From the NCBI GenBank assembly GCA_024346625.1, contig AP024667.1, positions 310,001 to 374,000 of the forward strand: a stretch of DNA of 64,000 bases, in the 5' to 3' direction. The first letter of the stretch is position 1, and the number at the start of each line of letters is the position of its first letter. Positions 1 to 11,565 of the stretch are shown here, one piece after another. Origin of the DNA: Williopsis jadinii. Its lineage: Eukaryota. The position numbers were made by a program, and so were the translations under genes. The notes below the pieces were generated by a model. It was not told where the DNA came from, did no database searches, and saw only the letters and a program-made list of their open reading frames with translations.

Positions 1-178
1 TCCGTCTCCCTGTGACCATCTTTTTTTTGGCTGGAGTGATCATCTAATCCTGCTAAAGTTGGAAATTATGGAGGAGCACTCAGACCTGTGTTAATGGGAT
101 GCTTCACCGGAATTCACCTCGTGTATTACGGGTTCTGATAACAATCCTCAATGTCACAGGAACAGTGGTATATTGCAA

Positions 179-195
179 TGTGTGTGTGTGTGTGT
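179..195. repeat. (TG)8 microsatellite
   Basis: tgtgtgtgtgtgtgtgt read directly. Confidence 0.9.
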
Positions 196-602
196 CCTTG
201 CCTTATCTCACATGCAATTCCATAGACACATTGGCGCTGTGTTCCTGGTTGATTTCAGTATCACCAGTTTTCCCTTTGGGTCATTTGTTCCCTTTTTGCC
301 TTTTGGCATGTTGGAATGAGCTCCGGCTCCCAGCACGCTAAATCCGGCGGTGTTAAGGCAGAGATTTCCCAGATGGCCTGAACCGCCGGCTCCAGGGGCC
401 CCAACGCGGGAGGGCTGCTTGGAGCTGGCGTGTGCGTTATGATATTATACTGGAATGACAAATAAAAACTATGGCCCCCCATGCCCATCAAAACGGTTGT
501 ATATCTTCTATTGCAAGACCAAATGAAGTACTGTAAATTGTACTCCACAATCAGCCGAGTAACCTGCTCTGGGTGGTTGGAATTTGAGAAAAAAAAGTTA
601 AG

Positions 603-675
603 TGCTTCCACTCAGAGTCGAACTGAGGATCGCTACATTACTAGTGTAGCGCCTTACCAACTTGGCCATAGAAGC
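603..675 (-). tRNA. tRNA-Thr(AGT), intronless, 73 nt
   Basis: Reverse complement is GCTTCTATGGCCAAGTTGGTAAGGCGCTACACTAGTAATGTAGCGATCCTCAGTTCGACTCTGAGTGGAAGCA. It has the acceptor stem GCTTCTA/TGGAAGC, anticodon arm CTACA-CTAGTAA-TGTAG and T-loop GTTCGAC. A T-run Pol III terminator follows at ~589-596. Confidence 0.97.
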
Positions 676-896
676 TTCTTAACTGTTGATGAGGGCCTCA
701 CTGAAAGTCATATTTGCATTCACAAAACAGTTTGATATTACCAAAATCTACTGTTTAATATGAACCATGGTACTACTTTTCAATATGACCCATGAAACTA
801 CGTCTCATTCACGAATAAATGTGTTTGTTTGTATATATAACTTCTAGCATACATAGCTGTTGCCCTTTTTCCAACTTATCCTCCCATTTAGCACAG

Positions 897-3800
897 TTAG
901 ACCGAGAAATCTTCATCATCATCGTCATCATCAACAACAAAACTGTCAAGATCATCATCATCGGAGATATCAAAGGTATAGTTCTTCTTTTGTGCACCTC
1001 TCGAAGCCCTTGATCTCGAAGCAAGTGGAACAGTATCCTCTTCAGGTGAACCGCCAAGCATTTCAACGTCATCGTCATCATCATCGAGGACTCCACTATC
1101 GTCTTCATCATCACTGAGCACACTGGTTTTCTTCTTGCTTCTACCAGCTGTGGTCTTTTTAGGTGCAGCAGATTTGGCCTTTGCAGGCTTCTTAACAACC
1201 GTCTTGTTGATAATTTTCTTACCTGTTTTCGGTTTTACAGCTTCAGCAACAGGTTCATCATCGTCATCAATGTTGAAGACGCTCGTGTTCTGGTCTTCCT
1301 CGTGGTCACTATCCAGGGAGAAAACACTTTCCTTCTTTGGTGTTCCAAATATCGTGGATCCCTTACCGAAAAAAGTCTTGAACTCAGGTTCTTTCTTCGT
1401 CTCTTCCTCAACCTTGACCTCCTGTTTTACCTCTTCCTTTTTGACCTTTAATGAATCAAGAGTAGATTGTTTGGGGCCTGTAGATCTTTCTCTAGAAGCT
1501 GGCTCTTTCTTGACTTTCGGTGGGACATAATCAGGAATTGGAATCAATTCACCTTTAACGTTTGCAAACTTATCCTCGTCTTTCTTGCCCTTCTTGGTTT
1601 TCTTCTTAGGACCTGACCCCCAGTCATCATCGGCATCATTGGCTCTCTTCCGGGTATTCTTCTTCTTCTTACCGGTGACTAATTGTGTTCTCTTTGCTTC
1701 ATCTTCAATGAGAAATTGTCTCCATGATGACAAGAAATCGTCCAGATCTTTGTTCCAAATATCCTTTGGCGTCAACTTCAAAAGCTCCGTAAGTTCATCC
1801 TCTTTGGTAGCCTTTTGATCAAGAATCTTTTGGTATCTCTCAAGTGTCAAAGACCAGATTGGCATACCCAACAAATAATCAAAGCTGGAAATAACGTTGT
1901 CTTGCTTATGTATGTTGGCATCCTCATCGTCGACTTCATCACTATCGTCATTCTCATCAACCTCCAACATTGACTCATCATGAGTGATATCATCGATATC
2001 AGTTTTGGTGTATACCGGGGCTCCGTTCTTGTCAAACTTTGGGAAATTCAATTTCTCCAACTCAGCAACTAAAATAGCCCTCTTCTTGTTGTTCACAATG
2101 AGCTTACCATCAATCACAAGCTTTAAGAAACGAGCTTGAGAACTCAACCTTGCTAGTTCGTTTTGCAAAACAGTAGCTAGATGATCTTTTCTCTTCTGGT
2201 AATACTCCAATCTAACCCAATAGAAATCTTGCATGATCTCCTCAACAGTCTCATACTTCTTAACTCTGTACTCGGGGTCAAACAACACCATGTTGGACAA
2301 GTTAATAATTGAGGAAAGCTTAAACTTTTCGTACAATCCGACTTTCTCTGCTTTAGCCATCTCCTCGTCACTCAAAGTAACGACAAACCTGATGTTCAAC
2401 CCATGCTTCTCTTCAAAGTCTTTGATCCATGGTTTGACTTTTTCAGTACCAGCCAAACCTTGTAACAAGAACTCCTTCATGTTAGAGATCCACATCTTTG
2501 GAGGCAGCTCAGTAATGGCCAATGTGTTCGCGTTCAACTTCTCGATCTTACCAAACATTTTATATTTGCCTGAACCGATCTTCTGAACTTGACCATCCCA
2601 ACCCTTATACCAAGGCTCCATTTCCTCCATTTCCAAACCTTCCATCAAACGACGAATATTAGCAACAATCTCTTGAGGGTTGAATTGTGGCACCAATGTG
2701 GAGTAACCAGTACCAATACCTTCAGCACCATTAATCAAAACCATTGGAACAGTTGGTACATATGCCTCTGGTTCGACTGTTTGTCCATCATCTTCGTTAT
2801 ACTTCAACAAGGCATTATCATCTTTACTTAAGATCTTTGAAGTAATTGGGCTCAAAGCAGTGAAGATATAACGGGGAGCCGAAGCATCCTTACCACCGAG
2901 CAATCTAGTACCGAAAGCACCATTTGGTAACAACATATTAATATTGTTCGAACCAACAAAATCTTGAGCAAGACCAATAATCGTTTGGACCAAAGACTGT
3001 TCACCATGATGGTACGCAGTTTTTTCAGAAATGTAACCAGCTAATTGCGCAACCTTGATTTCATTCTTTAAGTTTCTCTTCAATGAACCATACATGATTT
3101 TTCTTTGACCTGGTTTCAAGCCATCCAAGACACTAGGAATAGATCTTTTCAAATCATAAATTGAGTGAAGACGAAGATCGTAATTTATGAACTGTGTAAT
3201 ACCGACTGTTTGCTGTTCATAACGATCCTCAACCTGCTCATCTTCTTTGAAATCACCAATCCACTCTTTTCTGGCATCAGCTTTACTCTTCGAGAAAGCC
3301 AAGTCGATAGAAACTTTATCCTCCTCTTGTAAAGCTTCAAATGTCTTCAAGTGTCTGTCCAAATCACTGAAATATTCACGGCCTTCTTCTTGGGTAGATG
3401 TACCCAAACCCTTGTAGTACTTGTGAGACCATGTATATTTGTGACTTTCTTTGTTCACCCAATCCTCGTACTGCATCATACTGTAAAATGACATTGTATC
3501 CTTTCTTGGCTTCGTAATATTAACTTTCACAATCGGGGTGATGAACTCTAGCAAGAATCCAGGAATCTTAAGTAGTTCTGGCCATTGACTCTCAATGAAG
3601 TTGATCAGTAAACCCTTAATATGGGATCCATCCGTATCCTGATCCGTCATCAACATAACGCGACCATATCTCAAAGATTTTGTGTCCTCGTATCTCTTCT
3701 TATGCTGTAAACCGACAATCTGCTTGAGGGCGTTGATCTCTGCGTTGTTTGTGATTTGGGAAGCAGTTGCTTCTCTGACATTCAGAGGTTTACCACGCAA

Positions 3801-5270
3801 TGGGAAACAGCCATAGTAATCTCTTCCAACCACTGCCAACCCTGCAACAGCTAACGCCAAAGCGGAATCACCTTCGGTTAAGATCAAAGTACACTTATAA
3901 CCTTCTTTTGTACCTGCCATATTGGCGTCATGAAGCTTAGGTAAATTTGTCAATCTCGATTTTCTAGCACCATCAGTTCTCTTCAAAGCCCTATCTTCGT
4001 TAGCCTGGGCAGCATCCAAGATCTTTTCAATGAACTCAGTTTTCATGATCTGGTTGACAAAATCATCTGGAATTTTGCAATCAGAACCAAACTGCGGTTT
4101 CCTTGTACTCATCTGTTCTTTGGTTTGTGAAGTGAAAGCTGGATTCTCAATCAAACAATTGATAAACAAAAACATGTTGTTTCTAATTTGAAATGGTTTC
4201 ACAGATGATTTTTTGTGTTTTTTCTTCAGAATTTCCTGTATCTTATCAATTATTTGATCAGCAATGTAGTTGACATGGGTACCACCGGATGTTGTGGCGA
4301 TCGAATTAACAAAAGAGATTTGGTTAAAGCTTGAATCAGCAACGCCAAAGGCAATTTCCCAACGACCTTTAGCCTTTGGATCATCAATCTTCTTGTATAT
4401 AATTGTTGGCTTCTTCTGTGCTTCAACTTCGGAGATTTGACCCTCAGCCAATCTCTTCTTGTCGAGTGCCTTGATGTACATCTCCACGTACTCTTTGAAA
4501 TTTCTGATCTTCAACTTGGTACCGTTCAAGTACACACCGACATCTTTCACAGTACCTGCAAGATCATAAACACGACGGCGAAGGACACCCAAAATATCAT
4601 CATCTAATTTCTCCATGTGAAACTTGGCCAAATCAGGCTTGAATGTAATCTTCGTGTATTCAACGGCCTTCTTAACGGCTTTGATCTTTGGTTTGCCAGC
4701 GACGGACATGTTGTTTTTCCAGGTTTGCGAGTAGGTCTTTGACACATTCTTATCAGCAGTTTCCACCGTGAACTCGGTGGAGAAGATGTTACACAACTTG
4801 GCACCATAACCGTTTCTACCACCAGTGACCTTCTTCTCATCGTCATCGTAGTTTGAAGAGGTCAACAGATTACCGAAGATCAACTCTGGGATCCACATTT
4901 TCTCCTTCTCGTGCATTTCAATGGGGATACCGCGCCCGTCGTTCTTCACAGAGATGGTATTCTGTTCTGGGTCGATAGTCACCTCGAGCTTCTTCATACT
5001 GGGATCACGGATCTTGTTGTCGGCGGCATTCACCAAAATCTCATCAAAGATCTTGAAGAGACCTGGAACAATCTTCACCATCTTATCCTCCATACTCTCA
5101 TCGGCCGCGTTGTAGATCCACATCTTCTGCTCCTGAGGCTCAGTAGACCCGATATACGTGTCGGGTCTCTTCAAGATGTGCTCCAACTGAGTGAGCTTCT
5201 GGTACTGCTCCGACGCGTTCTTCTTTGGTTTCATGACGTTAAGTGACACGTCCTTTAACGGTGGGCTCAT
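897..5270 (-). CDS. TOP2: DNA topoisomerase II
   Basis: Motifs EHILKRPDTYIGS, GGRNGYGAK (GHKL ATPase), TEGDSA, PLRGK and DQDTDG (TOPRIM), active-site ASAPRY, acidic/basic tail. Start placed at ATG 5270 (MSPPLK), inside the longer track ORF. Confidence 0.98.
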   Translation of the reverse strand: MSPPLKDVSLNVMKPKKNASEQYQKLTQLEHILKRPDTYIGSTEPQEQKMWIYNAADESMEDKMVKIVPGLFKIFDEILVNAADNKIRDPSMKKLEVTIDPEQNTISVKNDGRGIPIEMHEKEKMWIPELIFGNLLTSSNYDDDEKKVTGGRNGYGAKLCNIFSTEFTVETADKNVSKTYSQTWKNNMSVAGKPKIKAVKKAVEYTKITFKPDLAKFHMEKLDDDILGVLRRRVYDLAGTVKDVGVYLNGTKLKIRNFKEYVEMYIKALDKKRLAEGQISEVEAQKKPTIIYKKIDDPKAKGRWEIAFGVADSSFNQISFVNSIATTSGGTHVNYIADQIIDKIQEILKKKHKKSSVKPFQIRNNMFLFINCLIENPAFTSQTKEQMSTRKPQFGSDCKIPDDFVNQIMKTEFIEKILDAAQANEDRALKRTDGARKSRLTNLPKLHDANMAGTKEGYKCTLILTEGDSALALAVAGLAVVGRDYYGCFPLRGKPLNVREATASQITNNAEINALKQIVGLQHKKRYEDTKSLRYGRVMLMTDQDTDGSHIKGLLINFIESQWPELLKIPGFLLEFITPIVKVNITKPRKDTMSFYSMMQYEDWVNKESHKYTWSHKYYKGLGTSTQEEGREYFSDLDRHLKTFEALQEEDKVSIDLAFSKSKADARKEWIGDFKEDEQVEDRYEQQTVGITQFINYDLRLHSIYDLKRSIPSVLDGLKPGQRKIMYGSLKRNLKNEIKVAQLAGYISEKTAYHHGEQSLVQTIIGLAQDFVGSNNINMLLPNGAFGTRLLGGKDASAPRYIFTALSPITSKILSKDDNALLKYNEDDGQTVEPEAYVPTVPMVLINGAEGIGTGYSTLVPQFNPQEIVANIRRLMEGLEMEEMEPWYKGWDGQVQKIGSGKYKMFGKIEKLNANTLAITELPPKMWISNMKEFLLQGLAGTEKVKPWIKDFEEKHGLNIRFVVTLSDEEMAKAEKVGLYEKFKLSSIINLSNMVLFDPEYRVKKYETVEEIMQDFYWVRLEYYQKRKDHLATVLQNELARLSSQARFLKLVIDGKLIVNNKKRAILVAELEKLNFPKFDKNGAPVYTKTDIDDITHDESMLEVDENDDSDEVDDEDANIHKQDNVISSFDYLLGMPIWSLTLERYQKILDQKATKEDELTELLKLTPKDIWNKDLDDFLSSWRQFLIEDEAKRTQLVTGKKKKNTRKRANDADDDWGSGPKKKTKKGKKDEDKFANVKGELIPIPDYVPPKVKKEPASRERSTGPKQSTLDSLKVKKEEVKQEVKVEEETKKEPEFKTFFGKGSTIFGTPKKESVFSLDSDHEEDQNTSVFNIDDDDEPVAEAVKPKTGKKIINKTVVKKPAKAKSAAPKKTTAGRSKKKTSVLSDDEDDSGVLDDDDDDVEMLGGSPEEDTVPLASRSRASRGAQKKNYTFDISDDDDLDSFVVDDDDDDEDFSV

Positions 5271-5348
5271 TGGTGTACTAACTGTAGCGGCGATAGACCG
5301 GCTCGTCTGTGTTGTTTTGCAACGGTGTAGCGTGTATTTGTTTACAAA

Positions 5349-5354
5349 ACGCGT
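5349..5354. promoter_or_regulatory. MCB element (ACGCGT) upstream of TOP2
   Basis: Exact ACGCGT about 80 bp upstream of the TOP2 ATG. MBF control of DNA-metabolism genes is established in yeasts; function of this site is inferred. Confidence 0.5.
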
Positions 5355-5798
5355 GGAAGAAAGAGGCAAAAAAAAGTTCATTGCCGCCAGAAAAGAAGAA
5401 CAAAAAGAAGACGTGAAAGGATCGTTTGTTTACATTTGTTTCCCCAACCGTGGGTGTCAAGACATTTTACATCACCATGGCAACGATCTCCCACAAAAAG
5501 AGCAATTTACTACTCGGCACTGCCCCCACCAATTTTGCCAAAAAAAAGCTCTAACTTCTAACCCAACAAAGCCGTGGGGCAAACTCTGTTGATGGCCTGT
5601 TTGTGTCCTGTTCAACTTTTAAGAAGGAAGCAAACACAGGTTGAAAGTATTCACTTGAGGTTTCCTATTTCAATTGATCACAGTGGAGTTTGAAGTCTCT
5701 TTACACTCTGTCGTCGCTGTGCAATTGTTGTCTGTGTGTGTGTGTTCTTGCTTCTTCCAACGACACTTGCAAAAGCGGATTCTGAAGTATTGAGGAAA

Positions 5799-7805
5799 AT
5801 GTCTAGCTCATCATCATCATCACCCCAACCTGTTGACAAGGAAGGGAATGTAATTCAGCGGTACCATGATCCAAGCTGGCTAAGACTGGTGGCTTTTGAT
5901 ATCCTGGCATGGCTGCTGTCTGTGACATTCAGTGGGTTCTTCAGGGAGATCAGACCAAGAGGAGCCTTTAGAATCCCCAAATCAGGGCCTGTGATCTTTG
6001 TCGCTGCCCCTCATGCCAACCAGTTTGTTGATGCCGGCTTACTATTGGGCCAGGTTTTCAAAGAGGCCAACAGAAGAATCTCCTTCTTGATTGCTGACAA
6101 GTCGATGAGCGTTAAGGGTATCAGACAGATGGCTAACGTTACACTGTCAATTCCGGTTAAAAGAGCGCAAGATAACTTGAAGTCTGCTTCTGGTGAGATC
6201 ACATTGGACAAGACAAACCCTTTGAAAGTGATCGGTTATGGTACAAAATTTACCAAAGAAGCCATGGTCAAGGGGCTCATTGGGCTGCCAAAGTCTAGGG
6301 GTAACACTGAAATTGCGGAGATTGTTAGTGACACTGAACTTATCCTCAAGAAGGAGTTCAAGAAGACTGCGACTGAGATCTTGCAAAATAAGACCCCTTA
6401 CAAGTTGGCTGACAAGATCAACCAGAGAGAAGTGTACGAAAAGGTGTTTTCACACTTGGCACACGGTGAATGTATTGGTATTTTCCCAGAAGGTGGTTCT
6501 CATGACAGAACAGACTTGTTGCCCTTGAAAGCTGGTGTTGCCATCATGGCATTGGGTGCAATGCAACACAGCCCAGGTACTGACGTTAAGATCGTTCCTT
6601 GTGGTATGAACTACTTCCATCCACAGAAGTTCAGATCTCGTTGTGTCATTGAATTCGGACATCCAATCTCAATCTCAAGCGACTTGCTCGAGGAATATAA
6701 CAATCCAGAAACTTCAAAGAAGGCTGTGGGTGATTTGTTGGCCACCATCGAACACGGTCTAAGAGCTGTCACGGTGACTTGTCCTGACTATGAAACTTTG
6801 ATGGTTGTTCAAGCTGCTAGAAGATTGTACACAGACGGAAAGACTTTGCCTATTCCATTGGTTATCGAGTTGAATAGAAGATTGGTTGACGCTTACCAAC
6901 ACTTCAAGAATGAGCCTGACATCATTTCTCTTCGTGAAAAGATCTTCAGCTACAACGAAAAGTTGAAAGCAGTTCACTTACCAGATCACGCTGTGGAAAC
7001 TGCCCAGGTTGATTTCATTAGAAATTTGGGCATTCTGATCCAAAGATCTTTAAAACTCATCTTTCTTTTCCTACTAGCACTCCCAGGTGCTGTTTTGTTT
7101 ACCCCTGTGTTTATCATCGGTAAGCTGTACTCAAAGAAGGTTCAACGTGAGGCACTTGCATCGTCGTTGGTTAAAGTCAGAGCAAATGATGTTGTGGCAA
7201 CATGGAAAATCTTGATCGCTATGGGTGTTGCTCCAGTCTTGTACATCTTTTACTCATGCGTCGGTCTTTATTGGTTCTGGGATACTTCTTATAACAAACT
7301 CCTTTTGTTCTTTGCCTTTTACATGGCTGGTGTCACTGTCACATGGTCTGCTTTGGCTTTTGGTGATACCGGTGTTGATTTGTACAAGTCTTTGAAACCT
7401 ATATACTTGACACTTGTTAGCCCAGATACCCTTCAAGATCTCAGATCTACCAGGGATGAGCTAAAGAAGGAAATCGTTGAGATTGTGAACAAGTACGGTC
7501 CTCAATTATATCCGGACTTTGACCATATGAAGCAAAATGGTATCGATGAAGCAATGGAAGATAAGAAGACCGAGGAGATGAGAAGAAGAAGACGTGAAAG
7601 AAGAAGAAGAAGACAAGGTAAAGTGGAAGAGGACGATACCTCTGATGCTGAATCCATCTCCAATGCATCCATTTTCGCCAGCTCTGATGCTGAAAGTGAC
7701 ACTTCTGAGACCTCATTGGAGTCACCAAGTATTGAATATGCATCTGGTGTATCTCACAAGGTTGTTGATGCCTTGAGAGAGAGAAGAACCTATGATGATG
7801 AATGA
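5799..7805 (+). CDS. SCT1: Glycerol-3-phosphate/DHAP sn-1 acyltransferase (Sct1/Gpt2 family)
   Basis: Acyltransferase motifs PHANQFVD, IFPEGGSHDR and KAGVA, plus C-terminal TM helices. First ATG at 5799. SCT1 preferred over GPT2 because LAA2/STT3/PIB2 orthologues are nearby. Confidence 0.88.
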   Translation: MSSSSSSSPQPVDKEGNVIQRYHDPSWLRLVAFDILAWLLSVTFSGFFREIRPRGAFRIPKSGPVIFVAAPHANQFVDAGLLLGQVFKEANRRISFLIADKSMSVKGIRQMANVTLSIPVKRAQDNLKSASGEITLDKTNPLKVIGYGTKFTKEAMVKGLIGLPKSRGNTEIAEIVSDTELILKKEFKKTATEILQNKTPYKLADKINQREVYEKVFSHLAHGECIGIFPEGGSHDRTDLLPLKAGVAIMALGAMQHSPGTDVKIVPCGMNYFHPQKFRSRCVIEFGHPISISSDLLEEYNNPETSKKAVGDLLATIEHGLRAVTVTCPDYETLMVVQAARRLYTDGKTLPIPLVIELNRRLVDAYQHFKNEPDIISLREKIFSYNEKLKAVHLPDHAVETAQVDFIRNLGILIQRSLKLIFLFLLALPGAVLFTPVFIIGKLYSKKVQREALASSLVKVRANDVVATWKILIAMGVAPVLYIFYSCVGLYWFWDTSYNKLLLFFAFYMAGVTVTWSALAFGDTGVDLYKSLKPIYLTLVSPDTLQDLRSTRDELKKEIVEIVNKYGPQLYPDFDHMKQNGIDEAMEDKKTEEMRRRRRERRRRRQGKVEEDDTSDAESISNASIFASSDAESDTSETSLESPSIEYASGVSHKVVDALRERRTYDDE

Positions 7806-8057
7806 ATATCACCAATGCATATGACCCTATTGATTTTTGTTTTTTCAATTCTTTTCTTATTTCTTGTTAGCTATGGCTGCTGTATGCTACTGGAAGTTGA
7901 TATTCAATTATGACGTTGTATAACTAAATCAGTGGAACACGTTCATCTATGAAATGTTAGTATATGTAAATCAGTTAATCCTCTAAGTTAAACCAGTGAT
8001 TCATCATTAAGTTGATATTCATTACGAAAAAAAATGCATATATTTACACAGCAGGTA

Positions 8058-9398
8058 TCATTCAACCAATTCTCCAGGTCTTGCTTCATCCTTCGCATCC
8101 ACCATCGAATCTCTTTCCTCATTGTTGAGGGCATCCAATTCAGCAGCCTCTTCTGCTGTCAATTTTTTGAAATCTGGTGGTATTTCGTTCATCTGAACAC
8201 TTGGAGCACCATTCAAGTTTCTCAACTGTTCGAGGATCTTTATACGTACGTTATCCAAGTACTTCCTCGAGTTCTTGTTGTCCAATTTATCTCCTAGATT
8301 AGGATGCAAGGAACAGTCTGGATTAAAGAAATTCCTAAAGGGTAGTTCCATGGGTAACTTTGACTCCAACGTTACATCCGTCATGATACTAGTTTCGTAA
8401 CACCACAATCTCGAGACGTTTCTTGGAGTATAGCCACCACCACCGACAACTAGCATTGGAATACCGAAACTTTTGATGAATTTGACACATTCACCATGGG
8501 CTCTTATATTCAAGTTGAAACAACCCAGCCTATCACCTCCCAAGGAATCTGCACCACACTGTTGTACAATCACCGTTGGTTTGAACGTTGTAATCACTGG
8601 GTCCATGACGCTTTTGAACAACCGTATATAACTGTCATCGTCTATCCCGTCGTTCAAGGGAACATTTATAGCGTAGTTTTTCCCTTTCCCTATCCCATTC
8701 TCATCCAAGTAGCCAGTACCTGGGAAGAAAAGTCCGTTGTACTTGTGGAAACTCACAGTCATCACCCTGTCAGTCGTGTTAAAGGCTTCCTGAACACCAT
8801 CACCGTGGTGTAAGTCGATGTCGATGTATAACACTCTTGGATGGTATCTCAAGAGATTCAATATTGATAGGACGATATCGTTGACGTAGCAGAACCCAGA
8901 GGGCTCGTACTTCTTCGCATGGTGAAGTCCACCAGACCAGTTGATCGCAATATCGCTTGCTCCACTCAGCAGCTTCTCTGTGGCATCTAACGACGCACCA
9001 GCATATATCGAGCTGTAGTCGTACACACCGTCAAACACAGGACAGTCATCACCAATGTTGAACCTCTTCAGCTCGCTCGAAAACTTGTTCAGTGTCTCCG
9101 GCGTCACTCGCTGTAAGAAGTCGATGTAATCCTCAGAATGGAATTCCAGAATCTCCTCCTTCGTCGCAGCCCTGGGCGTGTACAGGTCCATCTTCTCGTA
9201 GAGCTTATACGCAATCACCAAATGGTCCGTGAGCATGAGTCTGAAGGGCTTCATCGGATGGCGTACTCCATAGTGGTACTGCGATACCGCTGGGTTATAG
9301 TGGTACGACACATGAGGTTGGTACGAAGCTCCAAAGTTCTGCTCGTACTTCGGTTGTAACACTTCGGTTTTGAAGTCATTCGAGAACGTCTCTGTCAT
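8058..9398 (-). CDS. HOS2: Class I histone deacetylase Hos2
   Basis: [39 protein letters not shown] and [12 protein letters not shown]. First ATG at 9398. Confidence 0.95.
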   Translation of the reverse strand: MTETFSNDFKTEVLQPKYEQNFGASYQPHVSYHYNPAVSQYHYGVRHPMKPFRLMLTDHLVIAYKLYEKMDLYTPRAATKEEILEFHSEDYIDFLQRVTPETLNKFSSELKRFNIGDDCPVFDGVYDYSSIYAGASLDATEKLLSGASDIAINWSGGLHHAKKYEPSGFCYVNDIVLSILNLLRYHPRVLYIDIDLHHGDGVQEAFNTTDRVMTVSFHKYNGLFFPGTGYLDENGIGKGKNYAINVPLNDGIDDDSYIRLFKSVMDPVITTFKPTVIVQQCGADSLGGDRLGCFNLNIRAHGECVKFIKSFGIPMLVVGGGGYTPRNVSRLWCYETSIMTDVTLESKLPMELPFRNFFNPDCSLHPNLGDKLDNKNSRKYLDNVRIKILEQLRNLNGAPSVQMNEIPPDFKKLTAEEAAELDALNNEERDSMVDAKDEARPGELVE

Positions 9399-9679
9399 AG
9401 TGGGCCGCACTTTTTCGTCTATCAGCTCCCCTTGTTTTCTCTTCTTCTGCCGCCTTCGTCCTTCTTCCTTCGCTTGTTGTTGTTGATGATGCTGTCGATG
9501 TTGTTGTTGTTGTTGGTACTAAAAACCACAACAGGACACAAAAAAATCCAGTTCGCGAACTTTTGAAGTTTTCCCAGTGGCGAGGAACCCTCACCACAAC
9601 AAACAACAGACAACAAACAGTAAACAGTGGGCGGTAAGCAAACACGTGTGGATACTGAAGAGCTTTGAAGTGAAGAACA

Positions 9680-10411
9680 ATGTCAGGAGCAGCAGGATTT
9701 GACCGTCACATCACCATCTTCTCGCCAGAAGGACGTCTCTACCAAGTGGAGTATGCCTTCAAGGCCATCAACACTGCCAACATCAACGCCATGGGAGTCA
9801 CTGGTAAGGACTGTGTGGTGATAATTTCACAGAAGAAGGTGCCAGATAAGCTGCTGGACCCATCCACAGTGTCGTATATGTTCCAGATCACGCCAAAGAT
9901 CGGTATGGTTGCTACGGGGTCCATTGCGGATGCTAGAAGCCAGGCACTCAGGGCACGGGCTGAGGCTGCTGAGTTCAAATACCTCAACGGATATGAGATG
10001 CCTGTGGATGCATTGGCAAAGAGAATGGCAAACTTGTCACAGATCTATACACAGAGAGCATACATGAGACCCTTGGGAGTGGCTCTGACTTTCTGCTCGG
10101 TGGATGATGAATTTGGCCCAATGCTGTACAAGTGCGACCCAGCCGGCTACTACATTGGCTCAAAGGCCAACGCAACCGGCCCAAAACAACAGGAATTGAC
10201 TACAGCTCTGGAGAAGAAGTACAAGAAGAAAGGTGTTGATGGCGATTGGCAAAAGGTTGTCGAGTTTGCCATCATTACACTGAGTAATACGCTGAACACA
10301 GAACTTAGAAAAAATGACATTGAAGTTGGTGTTGCCGTTGAGGGTAAGTTCTTCACGCTTACAACTGAGGAAATTGATGAAAGATTGGTGTCCATTGCAG
10401 AGCAAGATTGA
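9680..10411 (+). CDS. SCL1: 20S proteasome subunit alpha-1
   Basis: [36 protein letters not shown] and C-terminal IAEQD. Confidence 0.97.
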   Translation: MSGAAGFDRHITIFSPEGRLYQVEYAFKAINTANINAMGVTGKDCVVIISQKKVPDKLLDPSTVSYMFQITPKIGMVATGSIADARSQALRARAEAAEFKYLNGYEMPVDALAKRMANLSQIYTQRAYMRPLGVALTFCSVDDEFGPMLYKCDPAGYYIGSKANATGPKQQELTTALEKKYKKKGVDGDWQKVVEFAIITLSNTLNTELRKNDIEVGVAVEGKFFTLTTEEIDERLVSIAEQD

Positions 10412-10464
10412 ATTCATGAATTAGATTGAACAGTTGCCTTACATTTGTAGTGTGTATGTACTGG

Positions 10465-11565
10465 TTATCCCTTCAACTTGACGTATTTATCAGGGTGCAT
10501 CCTTTTGATGTGCTGTTGACGATGTGTTGAAGCCTTTGGTCCCCGAAACTCTCTATCACAATGAAGACATTGTAATTCAATGCCAACGTCTTTAGAAGTT
10601 GTTCCGGCGTTGTGTGGCGTCCTCGATGAGGTCTTAGGCATTCCTCTACGAGGTGTTGATTGTCTCGTGCTAAAGGGCATGGACACTAGATCAATGTTCC
10701 TCAGCTTCAGTTGGTTAAAGTAGTGCTCTTGCAGGCTCTTTAGGGAAACATCTTCCGTGGCGTGTTCTCGATTCGATTCTATCTCTTGTCTTCCCTGTGA
10801 TAAAAGCTCCCTCATGGATTGTTTGGCTTTCATTGTCTTGGCTGGGGTGTAGTGATAAGGGTCCACAGAGTAGCGAATGTCATGATTCGTGTGTATGAAT
10901 CTCGGCTTTGAGCTTGACGCGGTTACTTCAACGGATTGTGCTGTCCCACTGGGTACTTGTGCTCGTGGTTCATTAATACCGCGTTCATTAACACAACGTT
11001 CGTTAGCAACGGGTTCATTTCCAAACATTTGCAATTCAGACGGTAAGAAGCCCGAATATGGAGGTAGGACATATCCTTGAGGCAAGGCAAAGTCCTTATC
11101 CAAGTCCAACATCCACTCCTCGGGATCCACTTCTTCCTCGTCTTCAATCTCCTCCTCCTCTGAAAGATCCTCTTCTTCCTCGGTCCCTGGCTCGTACTCG
11201 GTGTCGTCATCATCGTCAAAGAGGTTAAAAAAGGGACCAGGAAGTGGGTCTGAAGGACCCAGTCTCATACCAGGTTGCGGCGGCTGCTGATGCTGCTGTC
11301 CTTGCACTTGTCTTTGTTCCTCTTGCTGTCTGAGGCTCTGTCTGGGTAGATGTACGCCATTTCTTCCTGATGAGCCACTTCTGGACTTCTTCTGGCAGTT
11401 GGCGCGTTCATCGTTACTCTCTGAAGGCCTCTTCTGTCCTGTTGGCTCATCTTCACCACCACCGCGTCGTACTCTCTCTCGACGCACATCAGACGTGTTT
11501 CCAGGGCTTATGGGCAAAATCCCATACTGGGAGATACCAGCCAACGAGTTGTAGTAGTTTGGCAT
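10465..11565 (-). CDS. Hypothetical nuclear protein with acidic tract and a single C-terminal C2H2 zinc finger
   Basis: Long ORF with CLHCDREFRGPKASTHRQQHIKRMH at the C-terminus and Q-rich and D/E-rich regions. Start taken as ATG 11565 (MPNYY); the track ORF opens at 11652. Confidence 0.75.
   Translation of the reverse strand: MPNYYNSLAGISQYGILPISPGNTSDVRRERVRRGGGEDEPTGQKRPSESNDERANCQKKSRSGSSGRNGVHLPRQSLRQQEEQRQVQGQQHQQPPQPGMRLGPSDPLPGPFFNLFDDDDDTEYEPGTEEEEDLSEEEEIEDEEEVDPEEWMLDLDKDFALPQGYVLPPYSGFLPSELQMFGNEPVANERCVNERGINEPRAQVPSGTAQSVEVTASSSKPRFIHTNHDIRYSVDPYHYTPAKTMKAKQSMRELLSQGRQEIESNREHATEDVSLKSLQEHYFNQLKLRNIDLVSMPFSTRQSTPRRGMPKTSSRTPHNAGTTSKDVGIELQCLHCDREFRGPKASTHRQQHIKRMHPDKYVKLKG

Noticed and set aside
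5271..5381. N-terminal extensions in the ORF track (TOP2; likewise SCT1, STT3, PLP2, RSC8, YKE4, SPP41)
   Set aside because: They are mostly non-ATG or upstream starts running through promoter-like sequence. Family similarity begins at the downstream ATG.
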